Positions 35,949-45,470 of a DNA stretch of 64,000 bases are shown in pieces. Numbering within the stretch: the stretch's first letter is position 1; every line of letters begins with the position of its first letter. The position numbers and the translations under genes are program-made. Source of the DNA: Coprothermobacterota bacterium (GTDB lineage Bacteria > Coprothermobacterota > Coprothermobacteria > Coprothermobacterales > Coprothermobacteraceae); the NCBI GenBank assembly GCA_036679065.1, contig JAZIGN010000003.1:544001-608000 (forward strand), read 5' to 3'. Under the pieces are notes generated by a model, which had not been told where the DNA came from, did no database searches, and saw only the letters and a list, made by a program, of their open reading frames with translations.

Positions 35949-37937
35949 TTATTCTGCTTTCTCTTTTTCTAATATGGCTTTCCGCTTTTCGATGATTTGT
36001 TCAGCAATGTTGGGTGGTACTTCTTCGTAACGTACAAATTCCGTGTTGTAGATGCCACGCCCTCCGGTAATGGACATAAAATCTTTAGCATACTCAATAA
36101 TCTCTGCGTAAGGTACTTCAGCGGTGATGACTTGCCATTTTCCTTCAGCACTGATTCCAAGGACTCTACCTCTGCGAGCATTTATGTCACCCATTATGTC
36201 ACCTACCAATTCCTCTGGAACTTTAATGGTGATTTTGTAAATGGGTTCCAGAAGAATGGGCTTTGCGTTCATGAAAGCTTCTTGGAATGCTAAAGATCCA
36301 GCAATTTGGAAAGCCATATCTGAAGAATCTACTGGGTGGTACTTTCCGTCGAACAACTTTACGTGTACATCAACAACGGGGTATCCGGCAATAACGCCTC
36401 TGCTCATACGCTCACGTATGCCTTTATCTACGGAAGGTATGTAGTTGTTGGGTATGGCTCCTCCAAAAATGGCATCTTCAAATTCGTAGCCAGCTGATCT
36501 TTCAGTAGGCCAAATTTCTATGAACACTACTCCGTACTGACCGTGACCGCCCGTTTGCTTTACGTATCTACCCTGGGCTTGCGCTCGCCCTTTTATGGTT
36601 TCTCTGTAAGGTACTTCTCGTGGTGCCAAAGTCACTTCAACGTGATAGCGATCATGTAGTTTTCCTAATATTGCATTCAACTGCATTTCTCCTTGAACTT
36701 CGATAACTGTTTGCTTCATTTCGCGATCGTAGAAAACTATGAAGGAAGGATCTTCTGTTTGTATTTTATGTAAACTACTTAGCAACTTCTCCTGGTCTGA
36801 TTTTGTTTTAGGTTCAATGGCTTTTGGAAGAAGTGGTTGTGGTACATCAAGGCGTGGTACATCCACTTTCACGTTGGGTGTACAGAGTACAGAGTTAGTT
36901 GCCAATTCCTCTACCTTAACTATGGCGCCGATGTCGGGAGCTGCAACTGTGTCTGCATCGACTATTTTCTTACCCACGATGAATGAAACCTTGGGTACGG
37001 TTATCAACTGTTCTGTGTCTGGATTCCATAGCTGAGATCCCGTAGTAAGTGATCCCTTCAACATCTTTATAACGCTTATGCGACCCACATAAGGGTCCAT
37101 ATAAGTTTTCAGGACTATACCCACGGTGTCAGCATCAGGAAAATCAGGCACAGGTAGAGGAGATACATTCTCTGAAAGGAAATCCAGAACATTCTCTAGG
37201 CCGCTATCATTGATGCATGAGCCTGCCATTATTGGGAAGAAATCTCCGTTTGCCATGGCACTCTTGAAGCACCTGCTAAGCTCCTCCTGGGTAATCTCTT
37301 CTCCGGACAAGTACTTTTCTAATACAACATCATCAGCTTCTGCCACTGCATCTAGAACCATTTCTTTGTACTCAGCTGCAGCGTTTCTTAGTTCTTCTGG
37401 TAAGCCTGACAAATCGTCAAAGACGCTAACAGCTTTATCATTAGCATGCACAGTTAAAGGTGCAGCCCTGTTGGAGAGTAGTGAACGTATTTGATCAACT
37501 ATTCTACTTTGATCTGCCTCGGCCTTATCCATTTTATTTAGGAAGAACAATGCCGGTTTCTTCTGTTCAAGGTTTAGGTAATAATCCCAAAGCATTTCTG
37601 TAGTAACACCGATGTCAGATGAACCGTCCACCACGAATAGAACTGCGTCAGAAAACTTGATTGCCGACATGGAATCCATTTTGAAGTCCAAGAAACCTGG
37701 TGTATCTAAAAAATTGATTTTTACGTTTTTCCAAACTAGTGGTTCCACTGTCAGGTTGATGGAAATCTGTCTCTCCTGTTCAAAGGGATCAAAGTCGCTC
37801 ACAGTGTTTTTCGACTCGACCTTGCCTGGTTTGTCGATCACCCCTGCCTTTGCTAATAGGTTCTCTACAAGAGTTGTTTTACCACTCTTTACTGACCCCA
37901 CTACAGCAACAGTAATTGTTTTTTCAGATAACCCCAT
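35949..37937 (-). CDS. Elongation factor G paralogue (EF-G2/FusA2-like)
   Basis: GSVKSGKT, DTPGFLDF, NKMD, KQTGGHGQYG, YHPVDSS, ILLEPI. Confidence 0.93.
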   Translation of the reverse strand: MGLSEKTITVAVVGSVKSGKTTLVENLLAKAGVIDKPGKVESKNTVSDFDPFEQERQISINLTVEPLVWKNVKINFLDTPGFLDFKMDSMSAIKFSDAVLFVVDGSSDIGVTTEMLWDYYLNLEQKKPALFFLNKMDKAEADQSRIVDQIRSLLSNRAAPLTVHANDKAVSVFDDLSGLPEELRNAAAEYKEMVLDAVAEADDVVLEKYLSGEEITQEELSRCFKSAMANGDFFPIMAGSCINDSGLENVLDFLSENVSPLPVPDFPDADTVGIVLKTYMDPYVGRISVIKMLKGSLTTGSQLWNPDTEQLITVPKVSFIVGKKIVDADTVAAPDIGAIVKVEELATNSVLCTPNVKVDVPRLDVPQPLLPKAIEPKTKSDQEKLLSSLHKIQTEDPSFIVFYDREMKQTVIEVQGEMQLNAILGKLHDRYHVEVTLAPREVPYRETIKGRAQAQGRYVKQTGGHGQYGVVFIEIWPTERSAGYEFEDAIFGGAIPNNYIPSVDKGIRERMSRGVIAGYPVVDVHVKLFDGKYHPVDSSDMAFQIAGSLAFQEAFMNAKPILLEPIYKITIKVPEELVGDIMGDINARRGRVLGISAEGKWQVITAEVPYAEIIEYAKDFMSITGGRGIYNTEFVRYEEVPPNIAEQIIEKRKAILEKEKAE

Positions 37938-37977
37938 ACCGGAAAACCTCCATTTTTTAAGGCTTTGTTAACACATT

Positions 37978-38448
37978 CTACTTTTCCATTATATCATGCA
38001 ATTTCTCCTTTATCTCGAACGCTCCTACATCATCTTGAGCAAGAACAAAGACCGTATCATCACCAGCTATGCTCCCAATGGCTTTCTTTAGCTGCAAGGA
38101 ATCTATAGCACGTGCTACGCTTCTTGCTGTGCCGGGTACCGTTTTTATAACCAATATGGGGGAGCGGTACTGCATGTCCAAAATACTTTTCTTTACAATG
38201 GTTACAATACGTTCGTCAATAGTCAGTGAAGTTGCCTCAGGCAATGTATACTCATAGGTACCATCAGGTAAGAATACTTTCATTGCTCCTATTTTTTTGA
38301 GGTCCCTTGATACTGTACTTTGGGTGACTTTAAACCCAGCTTGCTTTAATTTCTCCACTAACTCCTGCTGGGTAGATGTAGGTTCTGTCTTGATGATCTC
38401 TCGAAGCGTCTTAAGTCTTTCCGCTGTAGTTCTCTTGCTCCGTTCCAT
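37978..38448 (-). CDS. argR: Arginine repressor
   Basis: TQQELV, VTQSTVSRDL, KTVPG, GSIAGDDT. Confidence 0.96.
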   Translation of the reverse strand: MERSKRTTAERLKTLREIIKTEPTSTQQELVEKLKQAGFKVTQSTVSRDLKKIGAMKVFLPDGTYEYTLPEATSLTIDERIVTIVKKSILDMQYRSPILVIKTVPGTARSVARAIDSLQLKKAIGSIAGDDTVFVLAQDDVGAFEIKEKLHDIMEK

Positions 38449-38464
38449 GGTGTACCTCCTATAT

Positions 38465-38482
38465 TAGGAATATTTATACATT
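38465..38482 (-). promoter_or_regulatory. ARG box in argR leader
   Basis: Minus-strand AATGTATAAATATTCCTA resembles the consensus aNTGAATAaaTATnCAnt; lies just downstream of TAAAAT -10 (38497-38492). Confidence 0.7.
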
Positions 38483-38536
38483 CACTTTTACATTTTACAC
38501 CATGGTTACTCAAATATGAAATGTATAATAAGGTTA

Positions 38537-39769
38537 ATGCAAATTATCGCTGCCCTAAGAAGATACAGAACAGCGCTAACAGAGAATCCTGCGCCGCTGC
38601 TATGGTTTTCTGTTGCTAGTTTTTTGTATTTCATGGGTTTTTCGTTTTACTTCACAGTTTTTAACTTGTACTTATCTGAAATTGGTTTTACTCAGTCTGT
38701 GATTGGTACGGTGCTAAGTGCACGCTCATTTGGGTCTGTGTTAATGACCATACCAGCTGCCCTTATAGTAAACAAAATAGGTTACCGTTATAACTTTCTA
38801 ACTGCCATGGGCCTTGCTGTTGCTGTCCAGGTTTTGATCCTCCTAACAAAGTCAGTTCCCATGTTGGTATTATTAGGGGGGCTCTTGGGAACGGCAGATG
38901 CTTTGTTCATGATAGGGATTTCCCCGTTTATTATGGACCACACCAAAGAGGAGTATAGGAATGAACTTTTTTCCTTGAACAATGCATTGCAGACCTTTGC
39001 TTTTGCTGGCGGTTCTTTTCTTACATTTATCTCTGGTTTCCTGGGTGTAAAAGACCCTATTGCCCTTTATAGGGGAATTATGTGGACTGGTGTTTTGTGT
39101 GCTTCCTTAGGCATGGTAATTGTAACCTTAAGGGTGCACACATCATTACGAACATCACTGAGTAATCCTTTCACCAGAGAGAGGCTTGGTAGCCTTCGTG
39201 GGTTTACGCCTTTACTTATCGTGCTCATTGTACCAAGAACTTTAGTTGGTCTCGGCGCAAGTTTGATTATTCCATTCATGAATCTCTACTTTAAGGATAT
39301 TTTCGCTTTACCCGGTCCCCAGATTGGGCTCATCTACACTTTTGGTCAGTTAGCCACGGCGGCTGGGATGTTATTAGTTCCGCTAGTAGTAAGACGCCTC
39401 GGCAAAGTACGTACAGTAGTAATCACAGAGCTTTTCTCTTTACCGTTCATGTTTATCCTCGCAAAAGCTGGCTCTCTGGCATACGCTATACCATCTTTTC
39501 TCATTAGGCAAGCCCTTATGAACATGTCTACACCGGTTTCTCAGCAGTTTAATATGGAGATAACGCCTGTCCATTTTAGAACTATAACCAACGGGCTTAT
39601 GAGCATGGGGGATAATCTATCACGTGCTTTAGGTTCGCTCATTGCTGGTTACATAATTCAATACAGAGGATATTCCTACTCTTTCTATGCAGCCATGGTT
39701 CTGTATTTTATATCGGCTGTTTTTTATTATGTCTTTCTTTCTCCTTGGGATCGAAAAGGGAGTTCATAA
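38537..39769 (+). CDS. MFS transporter
   Basis: 12-TM pattern with NKIGYR / RRLGKVR loop motifs; ATG 7 nt after TATAAT. Confidence 0.9.
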   Translation: MQIIAALRRYRTALTENPAPLLWFSVASFLYFMGFSFYFTVFNLYLSEIGFTQSVIGTVLSARSFGSVLMTIPAALIVNKIGYRYNFLTAMGLAVAVQVLILLTKSVPMLVLLGGLLGTADALFMIGISPFIMDHTKEEYRNELFSLNNALQTFAFAGGSFLTFISGFLGVKDPIALYRGIMWTGVLCASLGMVIVTLRVHTSLRTSLSNPFTRERLGSLRGFTPLLIVLIVPRTLVGLGASLIIPFMNLYFKDIFALPGPQIGLIYTFGQLATAAGMLLVPLVVRRLGKVRTVVITELFSLPFMFILAKAGSLAYAIPSFLIRQALMNMSTPVSQQFNMEITPVHFRTITNGLMSMGDNLSRALGSLIAGYIIQYRGYSYSFYAAMVLYFISAVFYYVFLSPWDRKGSS

Positions 39770-40121
39770 GAGCTTCTAGCGTTTCAGTGTGTAGAAAATG
39801 TTCCATTTTGCAGGCATCCAATTCTGCAATATCTTCAGGAGTACCGCTCTTAATGAGTATTTCTTTTATAGCTTCGTGTCTCCTTAAGATGGCTTTTGCC
39901 TTTTCAGTACCCTGCTTAGTTAGGAAAATCTTTTTGTAAGGTTCTCTTGTAACTAGCCCTTTTTCCTGCAGCTTTTTTACCATTAAACTAACCGTTGGTT
40001 TTGCCAACACCAAAGCTTTACATAATTCGGAAACAGTAACGCCTTGGTCCCTGTGTGGGCTGCGGTAAATAGCTTCTATGATATCTTCTTCCCGTTGTGT
40101 GGGTGCTGTGTCTTCTACCAT
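39708..40121 (-). CDS. DtxR/MntR family metal-dependent regulator
   Basis: EDIIEAIY, KPTVSLMVKKL wHTH, RRHE, ACKMEH. Confidence 0.92.
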   Translation of the reverse strand: MVEDTAPTQREEDIIEAIYRSPHRDQGVTVSELCKALVLAKPTVSLMVKKLQEKGLVTREPYKKIFLTKQGTEKAKAILRRHEAIKEILIKSGTPEDIAELDACKMEHFLHTETLEALMNSLFDPKEKERHNKKQPI

Positions 40122-40146
40122 GTTAAATACATTTTAGCAAATACCC

Positions 40147-40174
40147 TTGCTTTAACACCCCAGAGGTGTATAAT
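40147..40174 (+). promoter_or_regulatory. sigma70-type promoter of csp1
   Basis: TTGCTT-16 bp-TATAAT. Confidence 0.65.
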
Positions 40175-40216
40175 GAAAGTGCCCCTAAAATAGGGGAAGA
40201 AAGAAGAGGTAAGAAA

Positions 40217-40420
40217 ATGTACGCAGGAACAGTTAAGTGGTTTGACGCTCAGAAGGGTTATGGGTTTATTACCCGCGACGATGGTGAAGGAGACGTTTTT
40301 GTTCACTTCTCAGCAATTGAAGGCGATGGCTTTAAGACGCTTAATGAAGGCGAAAAGGTTGAATTCGAAGTTTCCAGAGGCGCTAAGGGGCCTCAAGCAG
40401 CTCACGTTGTAAAGAAATAA
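40217..40420 (+). CDS. Cold-shock protein
   Basis: GTVKWF, KGYGFI (RNP1), DVFVHFSAI (RNP2), GPQA. Confidence 0.97.
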   Translation: MYAGTVKWFDAQKGYGFITRDDGEGDVFVHFSAIEGDGFKTLNEGEKVEFEVSRGAKGPQAAHVVKK

Positions 40421-40444
40421 ACATTTGCAACGATAGAAGCTCGA

Positions 40445-40474
40445 AAGGGCGGCATAGGCCGCCCTTGTTTTTTT
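40445..40474 (+). terminator. Intrinsic terminator after csp1
   Basis: AAGGGCGGC-atag-GCCGCCCTT followed by a T-tract. Confidence 0.9.
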
Positions 40475-40543
40475 ATTATGTGTTGTTATATAATATGCTC
40501 AGCCCCTACATATGGAGGGGTAAACGTTACAGGAGGTACAAAG

Positions 40544-40747
40544 ATGTACACAGGAACAGTTAAGTGGTTTGACGCGAAGAAGGGCTACGGGTTCATTACC
40601 CGCGATGATGGTGAAGGAGACGTTTTCGTTCACTTCTCAGCAATTGAAGGAAACGGATTCAAGTCACTGGACCAAGGCGATAAGGTCGAATTTGAAATCG
40701 TTAATGGTCCAAAAGGTCCTCAGGCAGCCAAAGTCGTAAAAAAGTAG
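40544..40747 (+). CDS. Cold-shock protein (tandem paralogue)
   Basis: Same CSD motifs; AGGAGG SD; own TTGTTT-18-TATAAT promoter. Confidence 0.97.
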   Translation: MYTGTVKWFDAKKGYGFITRDDGEGDVFVHFSAIEGNGFKSLDQGDKVEFEIVNGPKGPQAAKVVKK

Positions 40748-40774
40748 ACATCGAGATAGTCTGAGCAACCTAAG

Positions 40775-40809
40775 AAGAAGCCCCACATACTTCGGTGTGG
40801 GGCTTCTTT
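40775..40809. terminator. Bidirectional terminator
   Basis: AAGAAGCCCCAC..cTTCGg..GTGGGGCTTCTT with UUCG tetraloop. Confidence 0.85.
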
Positions 40810-40850
40810 ATTGGGTAAGTAAGAGGGGACCATTTACAACTGCATTATCC

Positions 40851-41966
40851 TCAGAACCACCTAGGCTTTTTCACGCTTATTGTTCTTCCTTTCCAAGAGG
40901 TGTTTCCTTGGAGCCCTGTGATTATTGAGTGAAATCCTATAAGAGAATTGACTAAGTTAATCAAAGGATAATAAAAAACGATGTGCCTTGGGAGTTTGTA
41001 GTGGAGGGATGTTTCATACCAGATCAGCATGGTCATGCAAATTATCTCCAAGGCTAAAAGCCTGTGTGCTGGTTCTAACAATGAGAACAAAGGGTAAATT
41101 CCAACTATTAACATCCATGTCCACACAAACAGTGAAGGAATTATCCTCATTCCAAACAAAGCGAAATAACTCTTAGACAGGCCTTTGAATGCTTCTCTAA
41201 AGCCTCGGTACATACGGCAAGAAACTAAGTTTGACAGGTTATACATGCCTACCTTCATCCCATGCTTGCAGACAAGTTTGGATAACTCGATGTCTTCTAC
41301 GATCTCTTCCTTTACAGCAGCATGGCCACCTATCTGCTCGTAAGCGCATCTTTTGAACATCAAAAACTGGCCATTAGCCACACTAAACATGTTGAAAACG
41401 GGTGACAAGTAGTTAAGAAAGATAGGGAAAATGGAAACTATACTGTAGTTCATGAACGGTACGGTAATTCTTTCACCAAAGGTCGTGATGAGTTCTCTTG
41501 GTATCCCTGATGCGAAGCTCAGATTCCGTCGTTCCATCTCTTGTACCATTGTACTGATCATGTTAGAAGAGTGAATAGTGTCAGCGTCGGTAAAGATGAC
41601 GATTTCTCCCGTAGAATTCAGAAACAACCTGTAACAAGCCCAATTCTTTCCAGTCCAACCCTCTGGGAGAACATCTTTTGATTCTATGACCTTAAGCTTT
41701 TCGCTGTTTATGTTTTTTAGCACTGTGGTTGTTCCGTCCTCTGAGCTGTCATTCAATACCACGATTTCATAGTTAGGGTAATCCTGCATTAAAAGTGATT
41801 GCACACATTGACCAATGTTTTCTTCTTCGTTTCTAGCCGGGATCAGAACTGAGACTCTTGGTGTGCCAACGGTGTCTTCCTGTTGTCTTGGGATTCTAAT
41901 TAGGAAACCGTTTATTATGCTGTTTAGGAACTGATACAAAACAAATATGAAAAGGCCTCTCATCAT
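40851..41966 (-). CDS. GT2 glycosyltransferase (CrtQ/CruC-like)
   Basis: IPARNEE, PEGWTGKNWAC, DAD, ANGQ, EDIEL, CRMY, WKGR. Confidence 0.9.
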   Translation of the reverse strand: MMRGLFIFVLYQFLNSIINGFLIRIPRQQEDTVGTPRVSVLIPARNEEENIGQCVQSLLMQDYPNYEIVVLNDSSEDGTTTVLKNINSEKLKVIESKDVLPEGWTGKNWACYRLFLNSTGEIVIFTDADTIHSSNMISTMVQEMERRNLSFASGIPRELITTFGERITVPFMNYSIVSIFPIFLNYLSPVFNMFSVANGQFLMFKRCAYEQIGGHAAVKEEIVEDIELSKLVCKHGMKVGMYNLSNLVSCRMYRGFREAFKGLSKSYFALFGMRIIPSLFVWTWMLIVGIYPLFSLLEPAHRLLALEIICMTMLIWYETSLHYKLPRHIVFYYPLINLVNSLIGFHSIITGLQGNTSWKGRTISVKKPRWF

Positions 41967-42544
41967 ATACCAAACACTTCTCTAAACTGAGCTGCAATAA
42001 GCAATATAGAATTGATCACAGCTAGGGCAAAAAGCTTGTGGTTGTGAAATGTAAGAAAAACAAGGAGGGGTAACATGAGAGAGGCAATAACCACAGTTAG
42101 TTTGTCGTTATTAGTAGAGCCTTTGGAGAAGTGCTTTAGAATTATGGAAAGAGTAAAGAAAGAGCCCAAGAAAACAGGTACTTCCCACAGCATCAAACCA
42201 GACCATATCCCGAAAGTAGTTGTTATGCCTTTTCCGCCCTTAAACTTAAGCAGTGGAGTAAATATGTGTCCAACTACAGGAGCGATACACACAAGGACAA
42301 ATGCGACAGGCGAAAGATCATATGTGCTGGTTAACATGAATACCGGAATTGCCCCTTTCAAGAAGTCCAATGCCAAAGAGGGAATCCCTAATGCTACCCC
42401 TCCCGCTTTGAAACTGTTGGTAGGCCCAGGGTTATGATCTTCGCCAAAATCTCTTACATCTTTGCCGAACAACAATCCCAGAAGGTAAGAGAAAGGCACT
42501 GCACCACACAAGAAAGAAAGAAAAAACAAAATCATGTTTACCAT
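41963..42544 (-). CDS. PlsY-like membrane acyltransferase
   Basis: GAVPF, DHNPGPTN, LDFLKG, GHIFTP..FKGGKG. Confidence 0.88.
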   Translation of the reverse strand: MVNMILFFLSFLCGAVPFSYLLGLLFGKDVRDFGEDHNPGPTNSFKAGGVALGIPSLALDFLKGAIPVFMLTSTYDLSPVAFVLVCIAPVVGHIFTPLLKFKGGKGITTTFGIWSGLMLWEVPVFLGSFFTLSIILKHFSKGSTNNDKLTVVIASLMLPLLVFLTFHNHKLFALAVINSILLIAAQFREVFGI

Positions 42545-42712
42545 GATTGTTTTTATTCTAACAAATTAGGCATGGTACCACGGCAGACTAAGCTACTTCT
42601 GCAGTAGTAAACCAAATTCAACCAACTGTGAGTACGTTTTTTGATGTTCTTGTTCCACCTGCCACAGTCATGTTGTATTGTGGTAGAGCTGTTTAACCAA
42701 GAAACATAAAAC

Positions 42713-43828
42713 CTAACCAAAGAATTTTCTTACTACCGGTAGAAAGTTGGATGGGTCTTGTTTTATGGTGGTCAAATCGTCCAAGAGATGATCTTGATTC
42801 CGTAATGTAAATTTATATAAGCGTTTCAAAGTACTTTGGGACACAAATTTATCCCAGAGGTTTCTCAATGTTGCCTGCTGTTTTAAGTATTTGGTTACGC
42901 CTAAGGTCCTTAAAAGCTGCGCATAGGAATCGCCCACATGGGGCTGCTCCACAGCTTTAGCAGCTGCAATGCCTGATTTTACAGCTGTTTGTATGCCGTC
43001 ACCAAGGAACGGTCCACACAATCCTGCAGCATCACCCAATAGGATGACATCCTCTTTGAAAGGTGTTCGAACAGGCCCGGAGGTTGGGATCGCCCCTCCT
43101 TTGTAATCAAGCAAAGGGCCGTCAAAGGAAAAGTACTGTTTCATCATACTTTGAGCATCTGCTCTTTTAAGAGGTTTCTTGGATGCTAGACCAATTCGAA
43201 CAGTCTCTCCATTTACGGGAAACATCCATATACCATAGGCTCTTGAAACGGACGGGTCCACTATGAAGGTTATGAAGTTGTCAGCCAAGGGTTGGTTAAT
43301 GCTCCATTCATAGCCGTAAAGCCAGTCCTTAACTAATGGCAACCCAGCCGATTTGGCTACTTTGGAAAGTGCCCCGTCAGCGCCAAACAACAGATTGTAA
43401 CGTATGCTCATTTCCCTGGAACTGGCTTGTACCTTAGCAGTTTTGTTTTCGGATTGCATAAAAGAGCAGCCCAGAGCCAAAATGAAAGAATGAGGAAGAT
43501 GCTCCTGAGCTGCTGAAAAGAAAGAATTCTTGTCCAGGAGGAATAAGAAAGGTTCTCTTGAACTTAACAGTACCTCGCCGACCCCTTTGAAGACTACTTT
43601 CATAGAGCTGAATGCTCTTTGAATGGGTATGTCAAAGGAAAATACCTCTTCAAGTAAGCTAAGCGTGGGCGGAGTTATTAGGCCAGTGGATGGGCTCCAT
43701 AGACGGGCCTTTCTCTCTACTATGACTGATCTTGAGTCCTGGTACTTGGTTGAGTAAGCCAAGGATAACCCGCTAAAACCTGCACCAACAACCAGTAAGT
43801 CACTGCTGTTAGTGGGCTGGAGTTCCAT
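42713..43828 (-). CDS. Geranylgeranyl reductase-family FAD oxidoreductase
   Basis: VGAGFSG, GADG, YGIWMFP, GDAAG...PFLGDGI. Confidence 0.85.
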   Translation of the reverse strand: MELQPTNSSDLLVVGAGFSGLSLAYSTKYQDSRSVIVERKARLWSPSTGLITPPTLSLLEEVFSFDIPIQRAFSSMKVVFKGVGEVLLSSREPFLFLLDKNSFFSAAQEHLPHSFILALGCSFMQSENKTAKVQASSREMSIRYNLLFGADGALSKVAKSAGLPLVKDWLYGYEWSINQPLADNFITFIVDPSVSRAYGIWMFPVNGETVRIGLASKKPLKRADAQSMMKQYFSFDGPLLDYKGGAIPTSGPVRTPFKEDVILLGDAAGLCGPFLGDGIQTAVKSGIAAAKAVEQPHVGDSYAQLLRTLGVTKYLKQQATLRNLWDKFVSQSTLKRLYKFTLRNQDHLLDDLTTIKQDPSNFLPVVRKFFG

Positions 43829-44561
43829 AGTTCTTAAGTAATATTGGCAGCGCCTTGCTTAGCGCATCCATATCGCGTTCCTTGGAGTGCAGTAATATGA
43901 TACTTCCTTTTGGAGCACTTGTTATATACTTTGCACGTTCTTCCACTGACAGGTTCTTACCGTTTGGTTCCGTAATCACGTTCCACAGCATTATCTTGTA
44001 ATTGGTCTCTTTGCAAATTCTCATGGTATTTTTGTCATAAAAACCACCTGGTGGACGGAAGTACTTAACATCAGGTCTTTTTTGATTTGCCAGCTTATAA
44101 ACATCGTCTATCACACGGTCGGCGGAAACAATCTCATCTCTTTCCTTCTCCGCAGTGGTATTTCGGAAATAAACATGGTGGTAGGTGTGGTTGTGTACTT
44201 CGCATCCCAAGTCAATCAACTGTGCAAAAAGATCTTCGTTTTCCTTTAGAGCCGCTCCATAGGGAAATAGTAAACAGGTGAAAGACGCACCATACTGTTT
44301 TTTAAGTGCAATAAGTTTCTTTAAAGCTGGACGGGAATATCCGTCATCCACTGTGATAGTAAAAGGTTTACTGTGGTCTACAAAGATTACGTCAGAAGAT
44401 GATGGCACTGGTGGTGGTCTATGGTCTGTATTAGTAATAACTGTATTTGTGTCCGGTAGGCCTGAGAAAGCCAAATGAACCAGAGGTTGTGCCGAAACTG
44501 GTTGTGCCATGAGTGACAACGCAAATAACACACAAAAACAGTGAATCAAAATCTTCTTCAT
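43809..44561 (-). CDS. Secreted polysaccharide deacetylase (CE4)
   Basis: Signal peptide; TVDDG, HTYHH, FRPPGG, IILLH. Confidence 0.9.
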   Translation of the reverse strand: MKKILIHCFCVLFALSLMAQPVSAQPLVHLAFSGLPDTNTVITNTDHRPPPVPSSSDVIFVDHSKPFTITVDDGYSRPALKKLIALKKQYGASFTCLLFPYGAALKENEDLFAQLIDLGCEVHNHTYHHVYFRNTTAEKERDEIVSADRVIDDVYKLANQKRPDVKYFRPPGGFYDKNTMRICKETNYKIMLWNVITEPNGKNLSVEERAKYITSAPKGSIILLHSKERDMDALSKALPILLKNYGTPAH

Positions 44562-44610
44562 AAGACAATTCTAACATTAGCCACGTCTATAACAATGTAG
44601 AATATTTTAC

Positions 44611-45453
44611 ATGGCGATAAGAAGGATGGAGATAAACCTAAAGGATTTTTCTTACATAAAGATTGGTCCTCAATCGTGGGTTTGGTCTGTAAACAATTCA
44701 CTTGAAGTCCTAAAAGATCCTGCCTTCGTACTGGACAAACTGGTATTGGGTAACTGTTCGAAACTACTGCTTCCCAACAGGCTTGAAGAAGCCTTCTTAA
44801 ACGTGGATCAAGAGCCTGTAATTGAACATAGTGAGGGCTTAGTGCATGTGTCCAGTGGAACAAAGCTCAGTAACTTACTTCAATACGCCATGGGAAATGG
44901 ACTTGGGGGACTTGACTTCATGGCAGGTATCCCCGGTACCGTAGGTGGCTTAGTATGGATGAATGGCGGTTCTTTTGGCAAGCATGTGTGGAGCCAGATT
45001 TACGAAATTAGGGCTATTACGTCTTCAGGTGAGGTAATTTGGCTAAGACCAGAGGACGTTGAGGCTGAGTACCGAAACAGCCATTTGCATAGGCTTGGAG
45101 TGAAGTTTGTTGTGGATGCGTTTCTTTACTACAAGCATGAAGACAAGGAGGAGGTCAAAGAGCAAATACTTCGCAACATCGAATACAGAAAAAGAAGGCA
45201 TCCAGTTGAGTATCCCAGCTTAGGGAGTACGTTCAAGAATTCCAAAGGCTACAAAGCATGGGAACTTTTGACGGAAGTTGGTATGGCTGGCTACCGTATA
45301 GGAGATGCTATGTTTTCAACGAAACATGCAAACTTCATAATAAACCTGGGAAATGCCACTCGTGAGGACGTTCTTCGCCTTATTGAGTTGGGGCAGGCAC
45401 GTGTTTACAGGCGTTTCGGCATTTGGTTGGAACCTGAGATTGTCATTCTATAA
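44611..45453 (+). CDS. murB: UDP-N-acetylmuramate dehydrogenase
   Basis: GIPGTVGG...MNGG, YRNS, SLGSTFKN, KHANFIIN, LEPEI. Confidence 0.93.
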   Translation: MAIRRMEINLKDFSYIKIGPQSWVWSVNNSLEVLKDPAFVLDKLVLGNCSKLLLPNRLEEAFLNVDQEPVIEHSEGLVHVSSGTKLSNLLQYAMGNGLGGLDFMAGIPGTVGGLVWMNGGSFGKHVWSQIYEIRAITSSGEVIWLRPEDVEAEYRNSHLHRLGVKFVVDAFLYYKHEDKEEVKEQILRNIEYRKRRHPVEYPSLGSTFKNSKGYKAWELLTEVGMAGYRIGDAMFSTKHANFIINLGNATREDVLRLIELGQARVYRRFGIWLEPEIVIL

Positions 45454-45470
45454 AAGAAGGAAGTAAGTTC

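Noticed and set aside
39708..39769. 62-bp convergent overlap of the MFS and MntR-like genes
   Set aside because: Short 3' overlaps recur across this compact window and involve non-conserved tails.
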